DNA of 64,000 bases from an uncultured Pseudomonadota bacterium (GTDB lineage: Bacteria; Oederibacteriota; Muellerivitia; Muellerivitales; Muellerivitaceae). Position numbers and translations under genes: made by a program. A model generated the notes under the pieces. That model ran no database searches. It was given only the letters and a program-made list of their open reading frames with translations, and was not told where the DNA came from. Below, in pieces: positions 9,603-19,504 of the stretch. Numbering within the stretch: position 1 is the first letter of the stretch; every line of letters starts with the position of its first letter. The stretch lies in contig CAVYRH010000010.1 of the NCBI GenBank assembly GCA_963770835.1, positions 64,001 through 128,000 of the forward strand. Direction: 5' to 3'.

Positions 9603-11181
9603 TCAATCCAGCGCGGCGATGCTTTTGGGTTTGCCGGGCTTCAACACGTTTTTGGCGGGCAGGAAAAAGGCGGGGATCAGGGCCAGCATGACGATGAAGG
9701 CGCCCACCAAAAAGGCGTCCTCAAAAGCGGAGACCGAGACCATCTTCATGATATGCCCGGCCACCACCGCGCTCCCGCCGCGCATGGAATCGGCGTGGGA
9801 GAGCCCCAAGTCATGCAGCCGCCCGGCCGCGTTGGCCATGGCCTGCTGGGAGGCGGGGGTCAGGGCGTTCCAGGCGGAGGCCGCCAGGCCCTGGTGAAAG
9901 ACCATGCGGTGGTCCAGGATGGCTCCCAAGAGCCCGATGCCCACCGAACCGGCCACCTGCTGGGTCAAGTTCATCATGGCGGAGGCCATCCCCGCCTTTT
10001 CCTTCTCAACGCAATTCAAGGCCGTCACCATGACGGGGGTAATCAAGAGCGCGATGGCCACGCCCCGGATGAGGGTGGGCTCGATCACGTCCCAGATGCT
10101 GGTGTTGATATCCAGCGTCCGGTAGATATACATGAAGTAGGCGATGCCTAAAAGCCCGACTAAGGAGGGCCAGAGGGGGCCGATCTTATCGCTCAATTTT
10201 CCCGCGAAGGGCATGACCAGGGCGATCATCAGGGAACCGGGAAGCAATATCAGGCCGCTGTCGATCTCGTTGAAACCCATGACCTGCTGGAGAAAGAGGG
10301 GCAAAAGAAAGACGCCCCCGAAGAGGGCCAGCGACCGGGCCGATATGACCAGCATGCAGGCGGCATAGACCGGCGACTTCAAGAGCCGGATATCCAGGAT
10401 GCCGTGGGGGGTCAGGCTTTCCACCACGGTGAAACCCACGAAGCCGGTGAAGGCGAGGCCCCAGCAGGTATAGATGTAGGCGGAAGACCATCCCTTGTCC
10501 TCCCCCTGGCTCAAGGCCAGCAGGAAGGTGACCAGGAAGGTGGAAAGGAACAGGAAACCCCAGAAGTCGAAGGGATGCTTGTGGGAATGCTCGCACGGTT
10601 TGTCCTCCCTCAAAAGGGCGAGGGCCAAAAGAATGGCGATGATGCCCACCGGCAGGTTCACGGTAAAGATGGACCGCCACCCGAACTGGTTGGTCAGGTA
10701 GCCGCCCAGGGTCGGGCCGAAGGACGGGCCCACGATGACCCCCACCCCCCAATAGCCGATGGCCTTTCCCCGCTCGCTGGGCTCGAAAACATCGGCGATC
10801 ATGGCCATGCCGGTGGGGGTGATGGCGCCCCCGCCCAAGGCCTGGATGACCCGGGCCGCCACCAGGGAAGGCAGGTTCCAGGACATGGCGCAAAGCAGCG
10901 ACCCCAGGGTGAAAACGAAAAGGCTGGCCACGAAAAGCTGCTTGTAGCCGATGTGCTCCCTCAGCCAGGCGGTCAAGGGCATGAGGGTGGCGAAGGCCAG
11001 CATGTAGCCGGTGATGACCCATTCGATGTCGTTCACGGGCGAGCCGAAGTCGGCCATGATGTCGGGGAGGTGAAACGTTGACGATGCTCTGGTCCAGGGA
11101 GGCCATGAGCGTGCCGATCATGACGACCCCCAGCACTTCCCATTTATAGGCGTTGCCCGAGACCCCGGGAGTGTTGGACAT
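9603..11181 (-). pseudogene. emrB: DHA2 (EmrB/QacA) MFS efflux permease with a frameshift near 11070
   Basis: N-terminus ...MASLDQSIVNVS in one frame, LPDIMADFG...WVITGYML in another; one extra base. Confidence 0.85.
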
Positions 11182-11228
11182 CAGAAACCTCCAACTTTTT
11201 CACCGCCAAACACGGTTTTTTCAGTAAT

Positions 11229-11322
11229 CCCCCTCTCCCTTAAGGGGAGAGGGCCGGGGTGAGGGTGAACCTCAGTTTGTAAAACACCCCTCACCCTAAC
11301 CCTCTCCCCCAAGGGGCGAGGG
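11229..11322. repeat. BoxC/REP-like palindromic repeat, inverted pair
   Basis: CCCTCACCCTAACCCTCTCCC...GGGGCGAGGG and inverted copy. Confidence 0.75.
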
Positions 11323-11350
11323 AAATTAGAAATCCAAAGGGCGTTAGGCA

Positions 11351-12220
11351 TCATTTCACCTTGATCTTGATCTCCACCGACTGGCCGGCCTTGAGGACCC
11401 GGCCCGGGTGGGGGTCCAGGACCACCTTGATAGGGACGCGCTGGACGAGCTTGATGAAATTGCCCGAGGCGTTTTCCGCCGGGAGCAGGGCGAACTGCGA
11501 GGCGGTGGCGGCGGTGATTTCCTGCACCTGGCCGGTCAGGTCCCCGCCCTCATCCACGTGGATCAAAACCTTTTGCCCGGGCCGCACGTCGCCCACGTTG
11601 GTTTCCTGGATATTGGCCGACACCCAGGCGTGGTCCACATCGGCCACGATAAAGGCCACCTGGCCTGATTCCAGCAGGTTGCCGTCCACCGCGATCCTTT
11701 CCACCACGATGCCGTTGACCGGACTGATTAAATAGGTATGGCTCAGGGCGTTCTGCGCCATCAGCAAATCGGCCTGGGCGGCCTGGGCCCCCGATTGGGC
11801 GGCTTGGGAGTCCCGGGCCGCCATCCCGCCCTGCTTGAAGAGGCGCTCGGCCCGCAGGGAATCGGCTTCCCCCAGGGTGGCGCGGGCCTGGGCTTTTAAA
11901 AGCTGGGCCTGGTAAACGGTATGGTCCAATTCGGCCAAGACCTCGCCCTGTGTCACCGGGTCCCCCTCGGCCACGTTGATCTTTAAGACCGTCCCGCTCA
12001 CGCCGTCGGGGGCGATGCGCACCAGGTCCTCGGCCACGCGGGCGTCGTCGGTGGAAACATAGGGCCGGAAGGCGAAAAACCAAACGACCAGGCCGATAAG
12101 GCACAAGGCCAAAAAGGCCCAACCGGTATTTTGAGCCATCTTCGACTGCCACCAAGGCGCGGCCGCGGGCGGGTGGGGCCCGGGATGCGCGGGTTCTTTT
12201 TTACGGGTCTGGGGGCTCAT
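11351..12220 (-). CDS. emrA: HlyD/EmrA periplasmic adaptor
   Basis: VSTDDA, FALLPAENASGNFIKLVQRVPIK. Confidence 0.92.
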   Translation of the reverse strand: MSPQTRKKEPAHPGPHPPAAAPWWQSKMAQNTGWAFLALCLIGLVVWFFAFRPYVSTDDARVAEDLVRIAPDGVSGTVLKINVAEGDPVTQGEVLAELDHTVYQAQLLKAQARATLGEADSLRAERLFKQGGMAARDSQAAQSGAQAAQADLLMAQNALSHTYLISPVNGIVVERIAVDGNLLESGQVAFIVADVDHAWVSANIQETNVGDVRPGQKVLIHVDEGGDLTGQVQEITAATASQFALLPAENASGNFIKLVQRVPIKVVLDPHPGRVLKAGQSVEIKIKVK

Positions 12221-12292
12221 TCGTTTCTCCTTCAGGATTTTTGGGTTTGGTAAGCCGGGTAGCGACTCATTTTAAGTTGGACAACCTTAAGG

Positions 12293-12342
12293 CACCCCTC
12301 ACCCTTCCCTCTCCCTTGAGGGGAGAGGGCGGGGTGAGGGTG
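12293..12342. repeat. BoxC/REP-like palindrome
   Basis: CACCCCTCACCCTTCCCTCTCCC...GGGAGAGGGCGGGGTGAGGGTG. Confidence 0.75.
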
Positions 12343-12358
12343 GAGTAACATTTTCTTC

Positions 12359-12838
12359 TCAAACTGACGCACTACCGTAAGACGGCGGGCCTTTGTCCTC
12401 CGACAGGTGCCGGGTTATTTTTTGAAGCGTTTTCACGAAATTCGTCTTTTCACCCGCCGTCAAGGCCTCCAGCGCGGTCCCGGACAAAAGCCGGTAAATT
12501 TTTTCGATCTCCGCCGCCAGTTTTTCCCCCCGCGGGGTCAGGGCCAGTTCCCAGCGCCTTTTATCCGTTGGGTGCTCCCCCTGGCGCAGCAGGCCCTGTT
12601 TTAAAAGAAGGTTCACCATTTTGGTCATGGCCGCCGGGTCGGTCTGGGTGTCCCTCGAAAGCTCGGCCGGCGAGGCCTTGCCCCTTTTGGAAAGGAAACG
12701 CAAAAGCGGGGCCTGTTTGACCCCCAGTCCCAAGGGCCTGACGGCGTTATTAAAATGAAGGGTCAGGGCCCGCCGGCACCGGCCGAATTCCTCCAGCAGT
12801 TCCAGGTCCGACGGGGTTGGGGAGGTGTTCGATTTCAT
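12359..12838 (-). CDS. MarR family regulator
   Basis: wHTH with DKRRWELALTPRG; leads the emrAB operon; start placed at MKSNT. Confidence 0.9.
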   Translation of the reverse strand: MKSNTSPTPSDLELLEEFGRCRRALTLHFNNAVRPLGLGVKQAPLLRFLSKRGKASPAELSRDTQTDPAAMTKMVNLLLKQGLLRQGEHPTDKRRWELALTPRGEKLAAEIEKIYRLLSGTALEALTAGEKTNFVKTLQKITRHLSEDKGPPSYGSASV

Positions 12839-12870
12839 GGATATATCCATAATGGATATATCCATGAAAT
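12832..12870. promoter_or_regulatory. Probable MarR operator (double palindrome)
   Basis: ATTTC-ATGGATATATCCAT-A-ATGGATATATCCAT-GAAAT overlapping the marR start. Confidence 0.75.
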
Positions 12871-13040
12871 TCAAGGGGCGGGGCCGGGGTCTGGGAAGAT
12901 TTCCCCCGCCCTTTCCCCGTGAAATTAAATTCCCGTAAATCGGCATTTTTCCCGCAGCTTTCAGGGCTTTATCGGGTTCCGGGAGGACGCCCGGGGGTTT
13001 AATATGGGGCCTCTTTATCCCGTATCAAGAAAGGTTCTAT

Positions 13041-13994
13041 ATGGAAAATTCCCCCGCCGGCCCGCTGGACACGGATTTTGAATTCGCCCCCGTTTTAAAC
13101 GTCGGGGACCTCATCGCCCGGACCTACAGCCTTTATTTCAAGCATATCCATTGGGTGTTGATCCTGGTTCTTTTATTCTTCACGCCCTTCCTGCTGTTGA
13201 AAAACTTCGCCATCTCCCTCTCGCCCCCCGATTCGAAATTAATTAAATTCTGGATCGACAGCTCCGTCCTGGGGCTCCTCTCCCTCTTCGCCGCGCCCAC
13301 CATGGTGCACATCATTGTCCGCAACCTGCGGGAGGGAAAGGCGCCCCCCCTGGGGGAATCCCTCCTGTGGGGACTTAAGTGTTACCCCACGAATTTCGGC
13401 TACCACTTCGTCACCGGGTTGATGACCATGTTGGGCCTGGTGTTTTTCATCGTGCCGGGCGTGTTTGTCATGCTTTGGTACGGCTTGCTTTCCACGGTCG
13501 TGGGAGTGGAGGGCCCGGGGGGCGCGAATCCCATGGAGCGCAGTAAAGCCCTGGCTCAAAAACACATGGGCCTCCTTTTCGGCGGCATGATATCGGTATT
13601 CCTCCTCAATATGCTGGCTTGCGCCGTCGCGGGATTGATCGTGGGGATTTTTATCGGGATCTTCGCGGTTATTTTCGGCCTTCACGGCCCTTTCAACACC
13701 CCCGACCATTGGCTGTTAGACACCCTCTACGAAGCGATTTCGGTGGTTTTCAACATGAACTTGGGAATCGCCGCCCTTTGCTGTTATTTGACTTAGTCCC
13801 GGGAAAAGCCCGGGGAAGCAAAGAGGGAAGTGAAGGCCCCGGCGGAAGCGCCCCCCGTAGCCGCCCCTGTCGGCCTGGACCGGGCTCTGCCGGGGGCCGT
13901 TTCAAAGGCGAAACCCAAACCGAAACCCAGGGCCCGGGCTCTGCGCAAGAAAGCCGCCCCGAAAGCCGGCGCCAAAGCCAAACGAAAGCGGTAA
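13041..13994 (+). CDS. Multi-pass membrane protein; TAG at 13794-13796 followed by a 65-codon in-frame Lys/Ala/Pro tail
   Basis: Several hydrophobic helices; frame stays open after TAG until TAA at 13992. Confidence 0.7.
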
Positions 13995-14123
13995 CGGGTC
14001 CACAAATCGCGACCTTTTACCGGGTGGGCCACTTTTCGGTTAAATCGGAGTGAAACCCAGAACCATTCCGGCTCCCCGACCGTCCAACTTGCGTCTCGGG
14101 CCCATATCCAAAAGGGAGAAATC

Positions 14124-15197
14124 ATGAAAAAGCGTCTATTACTGATGGCGTTGGTATTTGCGGCTTCGACGGGGTTGGGTTTGGCCGAGGAAACCCTGAA
14201 GCCGAAACCGAAGGTCCATCATTCCCAAAAGCAAAAGAGGAAAACCGACGCCCAGAAAACCAAGCCCGCGATGATGACCCAGGGGACAAGCAGCCTCAGC
14301 CTCAGCAACGCCCAGAAAGATAAGCCCAAAACCGGCGACAAGCCAGGCCCAAAAGAACTCCTCAACGTTCCGGGAAACAGCCAGTCCCACCAAATGGGCG
14401 CGGGCCAGGGCAGTTTAGCCCAAGGGCAGGGAAAGCAAGTTCTCAAGAAGAAAACCACGACTAAGAAGGGAATCTCCAACCCGGGCCAGGCGATGGGGAT
14501 GAACATGACCAGCGACGCCGTCCAAAGCAAGGACACGAAAGATAAGCCCCTTACCGGCGGTGACGAGGGGCCGAAAGAACTCCTCCACCCGGTCCAGGCC
14601 ACGACCGGCCAAGCGGGCTTGGGGAATCTTGCCTCCAGGCCGAACGAGCAGGATCTCAAGAAGAAAACCGATGTCAAGCAAGGGAGCAACGCCCCAGGCC
14701 CGGCGATGGGGATGAACATGACCAGCGACACCCTCCAAAGCAAGGACACGAAAGATAAGCCCAAAACCGGGGACACCCAAGTCCCGAAAGAGCTCCTCCA
14801 TCCGTTGTACGGCACGACCCACTCCACGGGCACGGGCAAGGACGACCTGGCCTCCAAGCCAAAAGGGAAGAACCCCAAGAAGAAAACCGTGGTCAAGCAC
14901 GGGAACAACGCCCCAGGCCAGACGATGGGGATGAACACGGCCGGCGGCCCCGGCCAAGCCGACGCCAAGCAAGAGAAACCCAAAAACACGGGCAACGAGG
15001 ATCCGAAGGAACTCCTCCAGCCGTCGGACGCTTCGACCCATTCAATGGGCACGGGCAAGGACGACCTGGCCTCCAGGCCAAACGAGCCGGATCAAAATAA
15101 AAAAATCGATGACCCGAACGACAGCACCACTCGGGGCCAGGACCCGGCTCTCGTGGGTCAGCACGTGAAAAGTGAAGACCCCAACGAGGTCCAATAA
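14124..15197 (+). CDS. Secreted low-complexity protein with four ~71-75 aa repeats
   Basis: Signal peptide; KDKP..PKELL..LAS..KKKT..PG.AMGMN repeats. Confidence 0.8.
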   Translation: MKKRLLLMALVFAASTGLGLAEETLKPKPKVHHSQKQKRKTDAQKTKPAMMTQGTSSLSLSNAQKDKPKTGDKPGPKELLNVPGNSQSHQMGAGQGSLAQGQGKQVLKKKTTTKKGISNPGQAMGMNMTSDAVQSKDTKDKPLTGGDEGPKELLHPVQATTGQAGLGNLASRPNEQDLKKKTDVKQGSNAPGPAMGMNMTSDTLQSKDTKDKPKTGDTQVPKELLHPLYGTTHSTGTGKDDLASKPKGKNPKKKTVVKHGNNAPGQTMGMNTAGGPGQADAKQEKPKNTGNEDPKELLQPSDASTHSMGTGKDDLASRPNEPDQNKKIDDPNDSTTRGQDPALVGQHVKSEDPNEVQ

Positions 15198-15260
15198 GGC
15201 CCGGTTCCCCAACCCCACGGGTACATGACTAGGCCCTAGGTAGCGCACCGGTTTGAATAA

Positions 15261-15445
15261 TTCCCCACTTTGAAAAAGGGGCCTCTCGGTTTTGAGGGTA
15301 CACAGGGGTTTTTCCCTGTGAGAGCCTTTGGGGAGGGGGTATTAGCTTTTAACGCCAAGGCTAACTCCCCCTTAATCCAAAAGCGCTCACAGGGAACCCC
15401 CCCTGTGTACCCACTAAACCGAAATGCCCTCTTTCAGAGGGGGAA
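15261..15445. repeat. ~185-bp imperfect inverted repeat containing two copies of the GCTCAYAGGGAA..CCCTRTGTAYCC element
   Basis: Arms pair along their length; the same ~30-bp element occurs at 7598-7630, 8965-8993 and 23141-23171. Confidence 0.75.
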
Positions 15446-15556
15446 AAAAGGAAGCCCACCAGCAAACTGAAGCACTGCCAGGCCTCATCCTTCCTTGATT
15501 CTTCAGTACTTCCCGTTACAATTGGGCCCATCCATTTCCTAACGGAGGGTTTACCC

Positions 15557-16813
15557 ATGGTTTCCCAGAATAAATTCCAAAATTCCGCGATGATGTTCCT
15601 TCTGCTGGCCTTGACGGCGCTGGGAATCCTTGCCACCGGCTGTCCGGGCAAAAGCGCGCCCGCGGCCCCCAGCAACCCCGCCCCCACCCCGACGAATACG
15701 GCTTTTTCGACGCCCCCCACCGCCACCCAAACCCCCACCGTCACCACCACCCGCACCCCCGCGAACACGCCCACGGTCACGTCCACCGGCACCCCCACCC
15801 TCTCGCCCACCCTCACCCCGACCGCCACTTCCACGGCAACCCCCACCCTCACGGCGACCAGCACCATCACACAGACCCCCACCTCGACCGCAAGCCCGAC
15901 GGCCACCCGGACGCCCACGATCACCCCGACCCATACCGCCACCTCTACCTTCAGCCCCACGGCTACCGACACGGCCACGGCGACCGCCACGCCAACCTTC
16001 CATTTCTTGAGCGGGGGATCCTGGGTCAACACCTCCCCTTACGGCTTGGCCTGCAACAAGGCCACTTCCGTGGTTTACGTGACCCAGCCCTCGGATGTGG
16101 AGGTGTTTAATTCCATCACCAACTTCACCACGGCCAGCGCGACCTGGACCCAATATGGAACCACCGCTTTCATATATCCGCAAACGCAGGCGGTGAATCC
16201 GGTCAACGGCAATGTCTATGTCGTGGATGGCGGGTCCGGCGGGGCCCAAGTGGTTTATCAGTTCACCTCGGCCGGGGCCACGGTGAACAAATCCACCACC
16301 GCCTTTAACACAATCCAGGATGTCGAAACCGATTCCAATGGCAACGCCTACGTGGTGGACCAGGGGGGCGCCACCCTTTATGAGCTCAACTCCAGCATGG
16401 GGGTCGTGAAAACCTGGACCGCCGCCGGCACCACCTCCTTTGGGAGCCTCTTCTCCGTGGCCCTGGATGCCTCGAATAACATCTATGTGTGCGATAACGG
16501 ATCCTCCGCCGGGCACAATCACATTTGGGAAATGAACTACTCCGGTACGGTGCTCAATACCTAGAATACGCCGGTGGGGAACTTCATCTACCAAATGTGC
16601 GTGAACGCGAGCGGGACTGTCTACGCCGCCGACGAGGGGGTGGTGGGGCTGGAGGAATATGTGCCCGGCATCGCGACGCCCGCGCATACCTTTACCGGTT
16701 CCGAGGGCGGGGGAACGGCCTTTTCAATCCCGGACGGCGTGTGCTTTCTCCCCAACGGCAATCTCCTCGTCGCCGACTCCGGCATCAACTACCTCCAGGA
16801 ATATGTCCCCTGA
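15557..16813 (+). CDS. Lipoprotein with Thr/Pro stalk and NHL-like beta-propeller; in-frame TAG at 16562-16564
   Basis: Lipobox-like ATGC; NHL repeats continue for 82 codons after the TAG. Confidence 0.8.
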
Positions 16814-16903
16814 TCAGGGGGCCGGTTTTCCTAAAAAACCGGCACACCCAAAACATAGGTCTCGGTTTGTGACCTCGCCCTAGGGGCCGAAAGGAAGCGC
16901 AAC

Positions 16904-17824
16904 ATGAAACGTAATTTGAGGGATCTTCTCCTCCTTATCCTGCCGGTCCTGGGGCTTTTGAACTCGGGCTGCCCCGGCAAAAGCCCGGCCCCCACCGCGC
17001 CGGGCCCCTCCGGGCCGCCCACGTTCAGTTACGGCGTTTCCTTCGGGGCCTCCGGGGGCACGACCATGAACACGCCCAACGGCCTGGCCGTCTCAGGGGG
17101 CAACCTCTGGGTCGCCAATGAATATATCTTCGGCTACATCCAGGAATGGACCACCGCCGGAAGCGAAACCTTCTCCTCCACCACCTATAACTCCACCAGC
17201 TACAATTTTCCCCGGGACGCGGCGGCCGGGCCGGACGGTTACATCTACATCGCGGACGGCAGCCACCTGGTGGTAGAACTCACCTCGGCCGGCGCCTATG
17301 TCACGGTCTTTGGAACCGCCGAACTGGGGACCGACGACCTGGACGGGGTGGCGGTGGGGAGCACCCGGGCCTACCTGCTGGACGACACCGTCCCCCAGGT
17401 GGTGGGCTATACCATCGGCGGCACGGGCGCCGCCAAGACCTTCACCAGCCCGGTGAGTTTCGGCTCTACCGCCCTGGGGACCATTCCCAAGGGAATCGCC
17501 CTGGACGGCGCGGGCAATGTCTACGTGGCCGATTCGGCCAACGACCGGGTCGTGAAGTTCAACAGCGCGGGCGTCACCCAAGCCGCCGTCACCCTGGTTT
17601 CCAGCGGCGTGCCCACGGGCATGGCGGTGGACGGGGCCGGCTACCTTTACGCGGCGGACAACCACAACCATGAGGTCCAAATGTTCGATTCCTCGGGCGC
17701 GGCGGTGACCCAATTCGGGGCGGCGGACCTGTCGGGGGCCCAGGGCATCGCCTTGGACTCCTCGGGCAACCTCTACGTGTCGGACGCCGCGAATAACCGG
17801 GTCGTGAAGTTCAATAAGAATTAA
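16904..17824 (+). CDS. NHL-repeat lipoprotein
   Basis: LNSGC lipobox-like; PKGIALDGAGNVYVADSANDRVVKF repeats. Confidence 0.9.
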   Translation: MKRNLRDLLLLILPVLGLLNSGCPGKSPAPTAPGPSGPPTFSYGVSFGASGGTTMNTPNGLAVSGGNLWVANEYIFGYIQEWTTAGSETFSSTTYNSTSYNFPRDAAAGPDGYIYIADGSHLVVELTSAGAYVTVFGTAELGTDDLDGVAVGSTRAYLLDDTVPQVVGYTIGGTGAAKTFTSPVSFGSTALGTIPKGIALDGAGNVYVADSANDRVVKFNSAGVTQAAVTLVSSGVPTGMAVDGAGYLYAADNHNHEVQMFDSSGAAVTQFGAADLSGAQGIALDSSGNLYVSDAANNRVVKFNKN

Positions 17825-17890
17825 CGGGGATCCGGGTTCGCGTCCCCGCCGGCCAATCGGGATCCGGCCAAGGTGGTTTCGGGCTTCCCG

Positions 17891-18022
17891 GCCCCCTGGG
17901 GCGAGGCCCCTAGCCGAGCCCCGCGCTTTGGGTGTGCCGGTTTTTTAAGAAAACCAGCCCCCTGGGGCGAGGCCCCTAGCCGAGCCCCGCGCTTTGGGTG
18001 CGCCGGTTTTTTAAGAAAACCG
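17891..18022. repeat. Two tandem 66-bp copies of the ACACCCAAA structured element (minus strand)
   Basis: 17891-17956 and 17957-18022 differ at 2 positions; inverted relative to 16817-16887. Confidence 0.9.
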
Positions 18023-18164
18023 GCCCCCCGGCTTTCCCCGGGTCTTTTCCGCCGCTTATTTCTTCACCGCCCCTTCATTCCTATCCCGCCGTCCCCTATA
18101 CTTCCACCGCCGGTCCGCCGCCCTTCCCCCGCCCCCGCCGGAAATTTCGATCCTGGGGGTATCT

Positions 18165-19112
18165 ATGCGGCCGAATTTCATTCCAAGTTGGTTTTTCCTC
18201 CTCGCCCTGGCGGCCTTGGGCGCCCTTCTCCCCGGCTGCGGTAAAAACTCCAGTCCCTCCACCCCGGCGCCTTCCTCGTCCTCCTCCGTGCCCACCTACC
18301 GCTTCGGATATTTTTTCGGTCCCGGCGAAATGACGGCGCCCATGGGCGTCGGCATTTCGGGCAACCTGATTTGGGTGACGAGTGAAAGCTCCAGCAGCCT
18401 CCAAGCCTGGGGTCCGTCCCAGAATTTCATCGAGTCCATCACCTCCTACGGCTCCCCCGTGACCACCATGGCCGCCACCTCCCAAATCGCCGTGGGGCCG
18501 GACGGCTACCTCTACATGATGGACGGGGGCAACAGCCAGGTGGCGGTCTTCTCGCCCGAGGGGGTTTTGCAGGCCAGCTTCGGAAGGGCCCAGATGAGCG
18601 GGGACAACGGCTGCGGCGTGGCGGTCAACGGCGCCTACGCCTACGTGACGGACCAAACCAAAGCCACCGCCTACCGTTACACCATCGCCGGTTCGGGCCC
18701 GTCTAAAACCTTCACGGCCTCGGCCACCTTCGGGAACACGGGGGCGGTCAGCCTCGCCTACCCCTTTGACCTGGCCCTGGACGCGGCGGGCAATGTCATC
18801 GTGGGGGACTTGACGACGCAACGGATGGTGAAATACGACCCCAACGGCGTCTACCAATCGGCCATCACGGTCTCCGCCACCCACCTCAACGGCCCCCTGG
18901 GCGTGGCGGTGGACTCGCAGGGGAACCTCTACGCCGCCATGAACCTGGAACCGGACGTGAAAATGTACGACCCCTCGGGCAACCTGCTGGAAACCATCGG
19001 CAGCGGGGACGTGACGGCCCCCACGGGGCTGGCCTTCGACGCGTCGGGCGACCTCTACGTGACGGACTCGGTCTTCAACTCCCACCAAGTGGTGGTCTTC
19101 ATGAAAAATTGA
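18165..19112 (+). CDS. NHL-repeat lipoprotein
   Basis: LPGC lipobox; PLGVAVDSQGNLY and PTGLAFDASGDLYVTD. Confidence 0.9.
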   Translation: MRPNFIPSWFFLLALAALGALLPGCGKNSSPSTPAPSSSSSVPTYRFGYFFGPGEMTAPMGVGISGNLIWVTSESSSSLQAWGPSQNFIESITSYGSPVTTMAATSQIAVGPDGYLYMMDGGNSQVAVFSPEGVLQASFGRAQMSGDNGCGVAVNGAYAYVTDQTKATAYRYTIAGSGPSKTFTASATFGNTGAVSLAYPFDLALDAAGNVIVGDLTTQRMVKYDPNGVYQSAITVSATHLNGPLGVAVDSQGNLYAAMNLEPDVKMYDPSGNLLETIGSGDVTAPTGLAFDASGDLYVTDSVFNSHQVVVFMKN

Positions 19113-19151
19113 GGCTTCTCGTAACCCGAAATTCTCAGCCGGCCCCGCCCC

Positions 19152-19316
19152 CAGGAGGCCTGGATTCATCGCCAATTAAAACAGGTGGAAGGCTTGAATT
19201 TGTCCGTCCTGTCCCTGGACGATTTGATCCCCAACAAAACAGCCACTGGACGTCCGAAGGATAAAGTTGATTTGGAATGGCTAAAGGCGCAGCGGAAGAA
19301 AAGTCCTGAAGTGTAA
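19152..19316 (+). pseudogene. C-terminal remnant of a nucleotidyltransferase-like gene
   Basis: EAWIHRQLKQVEGLNLSVLSLDDLIPNKTATGRPKDKVDLEWL with no N-terminal part. Confidence 0.6.
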
Positions 19317-19504
19317 AAAGCCGCCGAAAAGTAACCCCGATACCGTGATATTGGTATCGACAACCGCCCGTATCAAGGATGCTTCCGACTCACCAACTTG
19401 AGGCCGCAAAAAGCGATAACCTTAAATTAGCCGTCTTGGTGCGGTAAAATGCGGGGTGTTAGGTTTCCTTTGAATGTGGTTAGGCTCAAGGTATGGGGGA
19501 ATGT

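Noticed and set aside
13794..16564. Genome-wide TAG reassignment or pyrrolysine
   Set aside because: TAG is a true stop elsewhere (CTD end at 8935; murE stop overlapping the murF start) and no pyl genes are seen
17891..18022. CRISPR array
   Set aside because: Two adjacent 66-bp units with no spacers and no cas genes
15361..19175. Long antisense ORFs such as 15551-16687 and 18096-19175 (also 38045-39376, 61420-62616)
   Set aside because: Shadows of GC-rich genes on the opposite strand
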